A stretch of DNA of 64,000 nucleotides from Cyanophora paradoxa CCMP329 (Eukaryota > Plantae > Glaucophyta). The notes below the pieces were generated by a model. The model was not told the DNA's origin. It saw only the letters and a list, made by a program, of their open reading frames with translations, and ran no database searches. Every line of letters starts with the position of its first letter. Positions within the stretch are counted from its first letter, which is position 1. The stretch spans positions 1-64,000 of the forward strand of contig QPMI01000473.1 of the NCBI GenBank assembly GCA_004431415.1. The letters are read 5' to 3'. Shown one piece after another: positions 11,756 to 22,263 of the stretch. Made by a program: the position numbers and the translations under genes.

Positions 11756-12451
11756 TCAATCCGACGTGGGCTGACTGACGAGCTCGCAGTGGCGGCCCTG
11801 CGCCCCGCAGCTCGGGCCGAGGCCGCGGAGCATCACTGGCGTCGGCCTCGCACCTCGCCGCAGACGCTCTTCTTGTCCTCCACCTGCAGGTCGAGCTCCT
11901 CGTTGTCCTCGATCTCGTAGTGGTTCAGCGAGAATCCGTCCTCGAGCTCTGCGAAATCCGCCGCGAGCGCGGTGAGCTCTGGGAAATAAAAATTTCTGAC
12001 TGTACCGAGGCGAGCGCACCGGCTTGGGCCTGAGACCAGGTGCGTACAAGGGTGGGCGCGTAGTTATTGCGAGGCCGCTAATTGGGTTCTAAAGCGGGAC
12101 ACGCGCAATCAGCAGCCCGCACCTTGTGGAAGCGGAGGCGCATATTCTGCGCAAGGGCATGCGTTTCAGTCGCGCTCAAAGTTAATTTTCGCGCCCAGGG
12201 ACGCGATGCGCGAGACCCGCGGTTTTTCGCATGTGCCCGGAACTCGTCGCGAAAAACGCGCGCGCACCGAAAATGGGATATTTTTCTGCTTCTCGATCTC
12301 GTTCTTCAGCATGGCGACCGTCGTGGTCCTGACGAGAGACGGTCGGCGGGGCGGCGCGCGCGGAGGCAATGTTTCCAGCGGGCGCGTGCGCTCACCCATG
12401 GATGTCGCCGATCGTCAGATCCTCCTCCCCGTACTTGATGCGGAGCTGCAT
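11756..12451 (-). CDS. Small ubiquitin-like domain protein without C-terminal di-Gly
   Basis: Hand-spliced exons 12451-12396, 12328-12268, 12146-12123, a 10-nt micro-exon and the next exon give MQLRIKYGEEDLTIGDIHGTTTVAMLKNEIEKQKNIPFSNMRLRFHKAQAELEDGFSLNHYEIEDNEELDLQV. This matches the ubiquitin pattern TV..LK..I....IP...RL.F...LEDG..L..Y.I. The last exon is uncertain. Confidence 0.75.
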
Positions 12452-12620
12452 TTTGGCGGGCTGCGCGGTTGCGGTTGAGACGTATATATACTCCGACTCG
12501 TATACGTATACGAGAGGATATATATCGATCGATCGGAGAGTCATAATTAGGAGAGGATATCGAGAGGAATCGAGGGGCTTATAAAAATTGAGGAATCGTG
12601 CATGCAAGGGACCGGATCGC

Positions 12621-12641
12621 GGGGGGGGGGGGGGGGGGGGG
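12621..12641 (+). repeat. Poly-G tract (21 nt) in the divergent promoter region
   Basis: Direct reading; lies between the head-to-head ATGs at 12451 (-) and 12715 (+). Confidence 0.9.
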
Positions 12642-12714
12642 CCGGCTAGGGCCGGCCGGATCGACGTGGAGGAAATTAATGTAGGAGGGGAGAATATAAC
12701 AAGGAAATTGATCG

Positions 12715-15661
12715 ATGTCGGCGGAAGGAGAGAGTGTCTGGGCCTACGACCCGCGCATGTCCGCGTTCTACGAGGCCACGGTGCGATTCCCGATCGGTGG
12801 CGCGCGCTGCTGTAATTTTGCGGCCAATTAATGTCGCTCGCAGATCCTCGACACGCGCGGCGGAGCCGGAGCGAAAAAGGAGGTGTTCGTTACATGGAAG
12901 GGCTACCCGAAGAAGTGCGTTCGCGAGTTTGGCCAGTGGGCGCGGTATCCAGTTTTTCGCAGGTTCGACGCGTGGCTGGAGGCCACGCTCATTCGCACGG
13001 AACGGCCGGACGATTCCATGATCGGAAGTGCGCTGCGCTCGCCGCACCAAGTCGCTTTGCAAATTGAATTCGCACATCCTGAATTCGATTGATCCGGCAG
13101 AACCGCCTTCGGGGTCCAAGCGAAAGACGGCTGCAAACTCCGGATCTAGATCTGGGTCCGGAGGAAAGAAGGCGCAGGAAACTGAAGCACGAAGTGCGTA
13201 CTTCAATTCTAAAGCTTCTGGTCACGCACGCTAAATTCTAAAGCTTCTGGTCACGCTAGCTTCTGGTCACGCACGCTTGCGGACACGCACGCTAGCGCTC
13301 CTTTAATTGAGTTTCGCAACTCCAGGTGCCTCGAGCTCGCGATCGGCTGCGGACGGCAAGACTCGTGGAGTGCGCGGCCTCACTCAGGCGTTGACGGAGT
13401 CGCTATCGCTCGGAAGCAGAATGTCCACCCGGGCGCGCGAAAACACTGCATCTGGTAAGAGCTTTTACTTCTTGAGCTTGGCCGCGAATGATGAGTCCTC
13501 GCGATCGCTGCAACGTGAGATTAATATTGATGGAATTGTCGCAACGCATGTAGCCGCGAAGAATACGAACCAGGGCGCACGGGCCGCCCGCGCGAGCAAG
13601 CGGAGAGTGAGCGCGCCTCCTGCCGGCGCCAAGGACTTCGATTCGGCCTCTTCCTCGAGCTCGGAGGCAGGCTCGGGGAGCTCGAGCGAGTCAGACGAGG
13701 AGGCCGAGGCGAGTTCGACGTCGGAATTCGAAGAAGGCGAATCTGGGGGAGAGCTCGAAGAACCCGAGGCGACGACGGCGAGACGTGGGCGCCCACCTAG
13801 GCCTGCAGCTGCGGAAACGAGGCCGAAGACTTCACGCGCAGCCGCACTGAAGCGCGGAGCGGAGGCGGCCAGTGACGCCGCTCGGCCTGCAGCTGATGCT
13901 GATCATGATCGGGATCATGCGCTGAAGTGCCCGAGCTGCGGGCAGATCTGCAAGAGCGCCCAAGGCCTCAAAGTCCACGTGGGCAGGTGGTGCGAGGCCC
14001 GCAAGCCTGCGGAGCTCGCAAAGCGAGAAGACCACGAGCTCGGAGGTACGCCGCATTTTCGGATTCATGCGATCAAATGTTTAGATTAATTATAATCAAA
14101 TTCTTATATGATTACCTATAGCTAATTAGCTACAGGTCTGCAGCCCGCATCGGCTGCAGCGCAGGCGCAGTCGAGCTCGAAAGGACGGCAGACGAGCCTC
14201 GAGCTCAGCGCTCGCGATCGCCTGCAGCTGCCGGCGAAGTCGAAGGAGGGGGAGGCGGCGACGGCGGCGCCCCAGCCAAAGCAGAAGGGACGGGCCCTTG
14301 CAGCAGCGCCAGCGCCGGCTTCTTCGGCTCCTCCCACGACTGGCAAGCCCGCTGGCTCTGCCCAGCCCGCGCAAAAATCGAAGCCCGCGAAACCTGGATC
14401 ATCCATCATCGCTGCCTTATCAGCACCCGCAATCCCAGCTGCAGCTGCGGCTTCGAGGCCAGATAAATTGCCAGCGCCCGCAGCCGCCCCAGCGGCAACG
14501 TACGCGTCGAAATCCGCCCCGCGAAATTTAAAGCAGCCGTCCTCAAAAGCAGAAGTGAGCGAAATCGAAAGCGATACGCGAACTAACATTGCAGCTGCAT
14601 TGCAATCTTCGTCCGAGCCGTGGATAGGAATGTTTCTAAATCTCGATGCGCGCGCAGGGGAATTCGAGGGAGCGTAGGCATGCGCAGTCGGCGCTGCAAG
14701 ATCTAGAGGCAGCGGCCGCCTCCCGTCGAAAGCTTCACGCCAAGTCAACGAGCTCAAGGGACTCGAAGGGCGCGGCTGGCCGTGGAAGGAACGCCGTCGA
14801 CGAGACGGTCGTCGAGGGCGGGGACGTCGACGGGGGCCGCGAAGAGGCCGAGGCCGAGCTCGAGCGGCTCCCCGCCGCCGGCGCGCCCCCTTTCCATTCG
14901 AATCCGCGGCCGTCTTTCGTTTGGGGTTTGCATTTTTACGCCTGCGACCGGCAGAGGCGTTCAAGCAGAAGGTTGCCGCCCTCGGCGCTGGGTGCGCGTG
15001 CGGAATCGCATTTTTTGCGGCCGCGAATTCGGATTTCGCGCCGGTCCGATGGTCGCGAGCACATGGACAGATACGTGTCGAACAGGCGGCGCGACTATAA
15101 CCACAGCGGCATGGACCTCGGTTGGCTGAAGGTAAGAAGGATTATTACAATATCTAATCGGGGCGCCGGAAAAGCATCGAATTTCGTGTACCCATTGCGC
15201 ATTCAGGGCACGAAGGAACACTGTAACATCTGCACCACCGATATCGCTCGTGTAGAGAGGTGCGCTTTTCTATCGAATTTGCGCTAGGCTAATATTCAAA
15301 TTAAACGCGTCGACGTATTCCGGGACCCGTGCGTCGCGCAGTGTCAAATGCGCAGAGTGCTTCTACCACCTGTGCGTTGGATGCGCAGCGGCGGGCATGA
15401 GCGCGGGCGTGCATGAGCCGGCACACCCCTACCGTATTCTGGTGAGCGCGGACGCGCACGCCCCGGTTGGATAGAAAGTCGAGCTCCATTTGCGCTCTAA
15501 TTTCTGCCCTTGCAATTGTGCGCAAGCAGCCCGGGTACCCTGTGCGGGACCCGACAGCGGACCTTGGCTCTGAGTCGATGTCTTTCGAATTCGCGGGCCC
15601 CAGTGCTCCGCCCCTTCCCCGGCCCTCGTCCCGCAAGCGCGGACCGGAGGAGATAACATGA
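12715..15661 (+). CDS. Chromatin protein: chromo-barrel (Tudor-knot) + AT-hook + C2H2-like finger + ADA2-type ZZ finger
   Basis: Exons 12715-12780, 12844-12914 and 12963 onward give EGESVWAYDPRMSAFYEATILDTRG..KKEVFVTWKGYPKKFDAWL. Also RRGRPPR and CPSCGQICKSAQGLKVHVGRWC. ZZ motif HCNICTTDI..VKCAECFYHLCVGC..G..H..HPYRIL at ~15205-15441. Confidence 0.75.
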
Positions 15662-16189
15662 ATTCGATCACTGTCGACGCCTAGATCTGCGCATGTCCGA
15701 TCTGGTTGAATTGAACTAGGGGGAGCCTCGGAGCGATTGGCGAGATACCAAAGCATTCCACACGAGCACGTGATCGGTCGACAAACGGGATGAATTTTGC
15801 GAAGCAGATTAATTGTACAGTTTCGGGGCGAGTTATATAATTAGCCCGGCCAGCGTCTCTTAAAAATGTTAACGTTGCTCGCGGTACCGGGTCGAAACCC
15901 GAGATCCGGAAGGGCAGTTGGGGGCTGGGGCACGGGGGGTGCCTGGCATGGGGCTTGGGCGGGCGTTGAGCTGCGCATGCCTTGCGCTGTCGAGGGCTGC
16001 AGATATATATAGCGCTGGAGAGGGCCCTGGGCCGGGCGGGGCCGGGGCGCGGCGCCAGTGCCTCCCGAGGCCAACTTTCGCGGAGCGATCGCGAGGTCGC
16101 GATCGGCTGCTCTAAATTTAAATGCACTTCCTGCGCTTCGTCTGGCCGGGCGCAGCGGAGGCGACGTCGCCGCGCGCGCTACGGTCTAT

Positions 16190-17760
16190 CATAGCATAGC
16201 TAGTAGATACTGTACAGACCGGAGCCTATTAGCTATTCGCGATCGCCAAATCTAGATTCTAGCCACTTTCTAGGTCATCGGATGAGACCCATCATGAGAA
16301 TCTGATGAGAGAACTGTCACATGTACAGGTCACTGAGTTCTTCAACTGTTAAAGTTCAACAGATCTAGACTTCAAGGGAATCGAGGCTTCAAGGGAATCA
16401 AGGCTAGCGCTCAAGCAGCTTTGGACTCGACCAACGATTCGCGAGTCGCGAGTCTCACGACACGGTGAGTCATGCCCGCGAAATTCAAAGGTCTAGCTAA
16501 ACTTGAAAGTGTCACAGTGCCAGAGTGTCAGTCAGTGATGCCCTGTCATCATTGTGTCATGATCAAAGGCTGTCAAAGCCTGCAGCTGTCATCGCACATG
16601 ATCGCAGCCCTGCAGTTGATCATGCCATGATGATATCCGATGCTCGATGCTGAGCTCGGACAGCCTCGGAGTCGGAGCTCTCGATCGAGAGTCGGTCCTC
16701 AGCCTCAGTCCGAGTCAGTCGACGTCGGACCGTCGGACCATCGGTGGCATCGCCGCATCGGACGTCGACGACGGATGCTGTGACATTGCTGTCACGCTGT
16801 TTTTGATCATCATGGCATGACTCACTGAGTCAGTGACTCTGAGTCGCTGATTCGAATTCAATGATTCCTCCGCCGGGCGGCTGGGCCTATAGCTAGCATA
16901 CCGGTGCGGTCCGGTGGGCGGCGGTGGCCCGGCGGTGGGCTGCATATGCATGCGCAGCCGCTGAGCTGGCCACTGACTCGGCAGTGAGTCGGCACTGAGG
17001 CCAGCCCCTGGCTCCTACCGGGTACTACGGCGGGTACTACCCGGTAGTAGGGCCGGTACTACTGGGCCGGTAGGACTCCTGTGAGTCCTGTGACTCCTGT
17101 CTAGGAGGCAGAATCCTGGCAGATGCAGTGTCACGGGCCGGGGGGACTCACGGCACTCGATTTAATTGCAAATTGCAATACTACTATTACTAAACGTTTC
17201 AAGTTTACCGGTTATTACCCCGGTACTACGGTTATGTACCAGTACAGTTACTACAGTCTACACTGACTCTACAGTAGTAACAGTACTACGGTAATTTAAT
17301 GTTGAGTCATCATGGCATGAATCATGATCGCACGCTGACTCGCCGCTCAGTTCAGAGCCTCGGAGTCAAGAGTCAAGAGTCAAGACTCGCGATCGAGAGT
17401 TCGACTGCTCATTCACTGCTGAACTCCCGGGAGCCGGTGCCAAGCCACGTACGCGTGCAGTGGTGCCAGTGGCCATGGTGCACAGCCTCCACAGATTGAT
17501 AGAGTGTTACTAATCGTACACAGATTCGTATAAGGAGTAGTCGGCTGCTAGTAGCCTGCTACTAGGCAACTGCTAGCGCGATTGTTAACGTTGTTACGTT
17601 GTTCTTGCAATTGCAAATTGCGTCAGACGTACTGTGTGTGGGTCATGATCAGTGTGACTCAGATCTACTATAGCTAGTAGACAATTCGCTCCGGGAAGTT
17701 CTACCGTCCGGTGAGTCGGCGGTGACTCCGGCACATGAATTATATAATTACATTAACGTT
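16190..17760. repeat. Palindrome-saturated cryptic simple-sequence block
   Basis: Dense local 6-mer palindromes and short direct or inverted duplications (TCATGA, GAGTC/GACTC, GTAC, TAGCTA, CAATTG, GTTAAC). No coding signal. Confidence 0.8.
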
Positions 17761-18031
17761 AACGTTCCTAGTGAAACGATCATCGGTGTAAAATCGCGAT
17801 CGATATCGCGAATCGCATCATGGCATTCAATGATTCGCGACGCCGGCCGGTTCGAAACCGCTCGACGGCCGTATCCGGATCCGGAGTTGGCCGCGCCGCC
17901 GCGCCGCACGGCGCATTCAATTATTGCGCCACAATTTGCGCGGCGTTGCCGCCCAACTTGCCGGCAGCCGGACCTGAGCCGGTTGCCGCCGACTTGCCGG
18001 CGCGGCGGCGCAACTTGCAATTGCCGCAGAA

Positions 18032-18292
18032 CTGTAAAACGTGAAATCTCCGGCGGCACTTTATATTCGGCGCTATTTGGCATAGGCTCACGGCGCCGAA
18101 TATTTGAAACTGCCAGAAAAGGGCCCAGAATTGTGCAGATGTATGGCAAGAGAGGGATCAATGTACCCGCCGCTCAGGCGCACTGGCTGTGTTGCCGAAA
18201 ATATGATGCCGATGAACCACAATTTCGAATTCGCGGCGCATCTTTCGGGTTTTGCCGAAATAAAGTGACGCTGGATATTGCATGTTTTACAG
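18032..18292. mobile_element. MITE with ~40-bp terminal inverted repeats (CTGTA...TACAG, Tc1/mariner/pogo-like)
   Basis: Left end CTGTAAAACGTGAAATCTCCGGCGGCACTTTATATTCGGC. Reverse complement of the right end is CTGTAAAACATGCAATATCCAGCGTCACTTTATTTCGGC. TA follows the right end; AA precedes the left. Confidence 0.8.
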
Positions 18293-19379
18293 TACTAGTG
18301 CGTGCGCCGGCGCCGGCGCCCGCGGCCCGGCGGATGCGCATGCGCAGCCGCTGACTCAGTGATCATGAGCCGGCGTGACGGCGGCGTCTGCCAGGCTGCC
18401 GCTGAGCTGCACTGCGGCTGCACTGCGCAGTGCGCATGCACTGCGGCAGTCTGCACGCAATACTAGTGCAGCCCAGCATTGCCATGAGCTGCAGCTGCCA
18501 CAGCTGCATGCCAGACATTGCCAGTGCATGGCAGTGCATGCCAGGCTGCACACCTCGCGGCCTGAGGCCATGGGCCATGCATATGCAGCCATGATGCAGG
18601 CAGCAGGCTGTCCTGGTTCCCAGCGGCGGGCCGGGCCTCGCGCGGCGCGGCACTGCGGCAGCGCCGCGGCGATCTCCCCGAGTCCCGGCTCCCCTACTCA
18701 CCGGCCCGGCGGACCCCGAGTCCTGGGAGTCTGGGAATCCTGGCTCAGGCTGGCTGAGGCTGGCCCAGTGGCTCCCCGAGTCCCGGCCGCGGCCGCGTCC
18801 AACGTTAAATCGTTTACTTAGCAACGCGTACCGTTGGCGTACGTTCTACCGTTAGTATACCGCGGCCGCACTGCGGATCCTCGAAGAGCTCTAGAGGCGT
18901 CCGATATCGATACGCGATGGGAAAGCCTGCTGGCTCAAACTTCTCCATCTCTGCGCTCTAAACTTAGTAATACATCTAGCGGAGGCAGCCATCTTAGTAT
19001 ACGTACTACGTATACGGTAATATATTTAGCGCAGGCAGCCATCGACGCGGGATAGCAGCTGCAGGTTGCAATTGATAGCGGCTCACCAGCTGCAGCTCAT
19101 CCATATATACATATAGCCTAGCCAATTTAACGTTGCACTTCGCATGAAAGAATCGAAATGGATTCGGAGAATCACAATACGCGCAATGTTAATATCGCAT
19201 CCATGCATATGGCCAAACCGATTCTGAAGTCAGCAACATGTACAGCGTCAGTCGCGCGCGGCAATTGCAAGCTGAATGTGAAGGCATCTCATTATCGATC
19301 GATGTTTAACAATCGCAACGTTAACAGTAGATCTAGAGCTCAACACCCAGCTGCAGACAGCCGCAGCATGCATGCGCAC

Positions 19380-21335
19380 AGGATTCGCCGTCCGATGTCG
19401 TCGATGGCCAGACCGGTCCGCTCCGTCTGCGGCTGTTTGCAATTGAAATCTCGGAGTACCTGATCGAATGCATCGCTATCGCTGCCGGCCGCGAACCGCT
19501 TGCTGTCTTCGCAGATGAACTGCTTCATCATTTTCTCAAACAGTGCGTCGAATTCGAACTAGCGATCGCTACACTTCGAAGCCATCATCCCGAGTTTTCG
19601 CGCATGCGCGCAGAGTATCGGGCGGAAGTCAAAGCGCAGCATCCCTCCTGCGGTGCACGCCATGTACACTTTTACATATCGAATTCTGCATATGGCGTCT
19701 GATCATGAATAATTGAATCGCATCGATATCTGCGAAACATGTACAGGCAACCAGCAAATCAGGCAAGTAACGCTTCGATTCAGCTTTGAATACGTTCTCC
19801 AATCAATTATACTGTGCTGCTTGCGTGTGCTCACTGTGCTGCGCTTGCAGTCGCATCCTCGGCCAAATGTGCGTCGGTGGTTCACCATTTCCTCTGATAA
19901 TTACCTCCGGATCATCGGATCCCGCGAGAAAAGGGTCGGCGCATGATCGATATCATCAATTCAGCGGTTCACATTAATATCGTTGGACCCGGGAGATCCG
20001 ACCGATCCGAATCACCTTTTGAGAGGCTCCCATACCTCGCTCGCTATGTTCTGATGCAATGCCAGCCCAACTCATGATTTGTATCTGCGCAGGTGGCGCG
20101 AATGCTCCAAGGAGCAACGCAAAGAGTTCGAGGTGATCATGAGCTATTCCAGTGCTGCAGCTGGAACATTGCAATTGACATTGATATCGAGCTTCCAGCT
20201 GTTCGTGCACCTCGTTCTCACATGCATGTTTTACGCATGTACGTGCTCGCAGGCGCTTGCCGCCGAAGAGAAGGCGAAATCAGGCCGACTCCGTCGAGAC
20301 AACGTCAACGGAAACCTCTATAGCAGCCTCCAAGTCGGAGTTCTCGGCGAGCATATGCAGGTGCCCATCTATAGAGCTTTAAGAATATAAAGATGCGATT
20401 CCGACACTCGCGCTATACGACACTCTGGCGATATCGATATGCATATGACAATGAATACGTATACTAACATTCTGGCGTCGCGCAGGCTCATGATGAGTCA
20501 ACTGCGCATGCAGACTTCGACATGTGCACGCCGGAGCGGGAGCTGGCCGTAGACATCGATAGAAATGGCCATCAACATGGACTGGTGCTCGATGCACCGT
20601 TCGAATTCACGGCCTCAAGCTCCAGCTCGCGATCGAGCTCGCACTCGGCGCTCACGGAACTGGAGAACGACGATGTCACAAACGCGCAGCAGTGTGCGCG
20701 TGCGTACATGCTCCCCGCGCGCACGTTATCGAGCTGATACGTACCCACGAACCGTACACGTGCACGTGCGCGCAGCTTCGATTTCGCGGTGGTCTACTGG
20801 CGCCAAGGACTTGCAGTCTCTGGCGACGGCCGCCCGCGCTGCGGACCTCGAGCGCGACCCTCAGCCGCCGACTCAGCTCGCGTCGCAGTCGGCAGCGCAA
20901 GCCGGCGCCGGCGCCGGCGTGCTCGCGGTCGCTCTGCAGCCGATGCAAGGCAGCCTTGAGCTCCCCGCACGTGTGGCCACGCCCTTGCAATTGCCGGCGG
21001 CATGCTCGTCCTTTCCCTACATGCCCGTTCTGGCGCCCTTCCAGCTCCAGCTCAAGCGAGAATTCGAAGCCGCCGCTTCAGTGGTCTCCGCGTCCGCAAC
21101 TTTGCCCCCGGGCCCTGCACCCGCTCCGATCGCGGCGCTTGAGCCCCTTCACCCGCCGCTTCTTTCGCCCTTCGGGCCAGTTCCGTCGACGATCTACACC
21201 CGCACGCCTTCGTTCGATCCCCGCGGCCGGGAGGGGGCGGGGCGGTGCTCGATTCCCTCGACCCCCCCGGCGCTGCGCGCCTCGTTCTTCCGCAGCGACC
21301 CCGCCGGGTTCGCGTTCTCCCGGCCCAGGCCTTAG
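19380..21335 (+). CDS. SOX/TCF/MATA-class HMG-box transcription factor (gene ends approximate)
   Basis: Exons ending 19415, then 19515-19542, 19614-19652, 19747-19762, 19851-19868, 20093-20132 and 20253 onward splice in phase. They give ARPMNCFIIFSNKYRAEVKAQHPSCGNQQISRILGQMWRECSKEQRKEFEALAAEEKAK. Confidence 0.85.
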
Positions 21336-22263
21336 CTTAGCTGCCGGAGCTGCGTCCTTTGATCCCGCGGAGAACTTGGCCGTGCACCGCGGGTTTTATC
21401 AGTTATTCAATTTCAAACTCTAGATCCAGTACACATACTAGTCGCTTTGCAGCTACTTCGAATTCATCATCCGCAGCCGTATACGCAATTATAGACGTCG
21501 ACATGGGCAGAGTCGACAATCCGATTTCCATTTATTGTATTTGTCTCTAGGAGCCGCTTTGGCCTTTCTGCACCCCGAAATATTCGAACCAACCACCTCG
21601 AGTCAGCCAGCTTCCGCAGTCACTCGAGTTTGAAGCTTGAGGGCTTCCGAATTCGCAACTGAAATCTCTACGGACTCGGGACCAGCCGTTGCAATTGGAG
21701 CTCGCGAAATCGTCGCGGATCCGGATTGGATGCAGCTGTTTTTTCACTGCAGGGCTGCTGCGAATTCAAATGACTCTACTCGCGATCGATACTAAGATTA
21801 CATGATAGCCGCGCGATATCTAGAGCTAAAGATAAATATCTCTTGGAAGAGTAAATTTACTACGTTTCACTAATGCGCTACACGATTCGAAACGACAATT
21901 CGCAAAATAATCGGACACGAATCGAAGCAAATTGCAAGATCATGCATAAAGGAAAATGTCACGATGAAGTCGAAGGGCGAAATGATCGGAAACGTCGAAG
22001 GGCGAAAGGGCGAAATGGCAACGTAATATAATTCGATCATATCATTGTAATGTACAGCGATTTCGAATTCGAGCATAAAATCAAAAACAATTGAATGACA
22101 GCGAGGCCAAGCATAGAAAGTACAGTTATAGATCTGTGATGCATGTGCTGCAAATGCTATACAGCAGGCTACGGATACATTCGTGCGAAAGCAATTTAGA
22201 TCGCTAGATCTTGGGAGAGCAAGCGGCACAACGTTAACAAGCTCACGCTTCGAATTTGGCAAT

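Noticed and set aside
13203-13275. Triple direct repeat AGCTTCTGGTCACGC
   Set aside because: Ordinary local tandem duplication inside an intron; no evidence of function.
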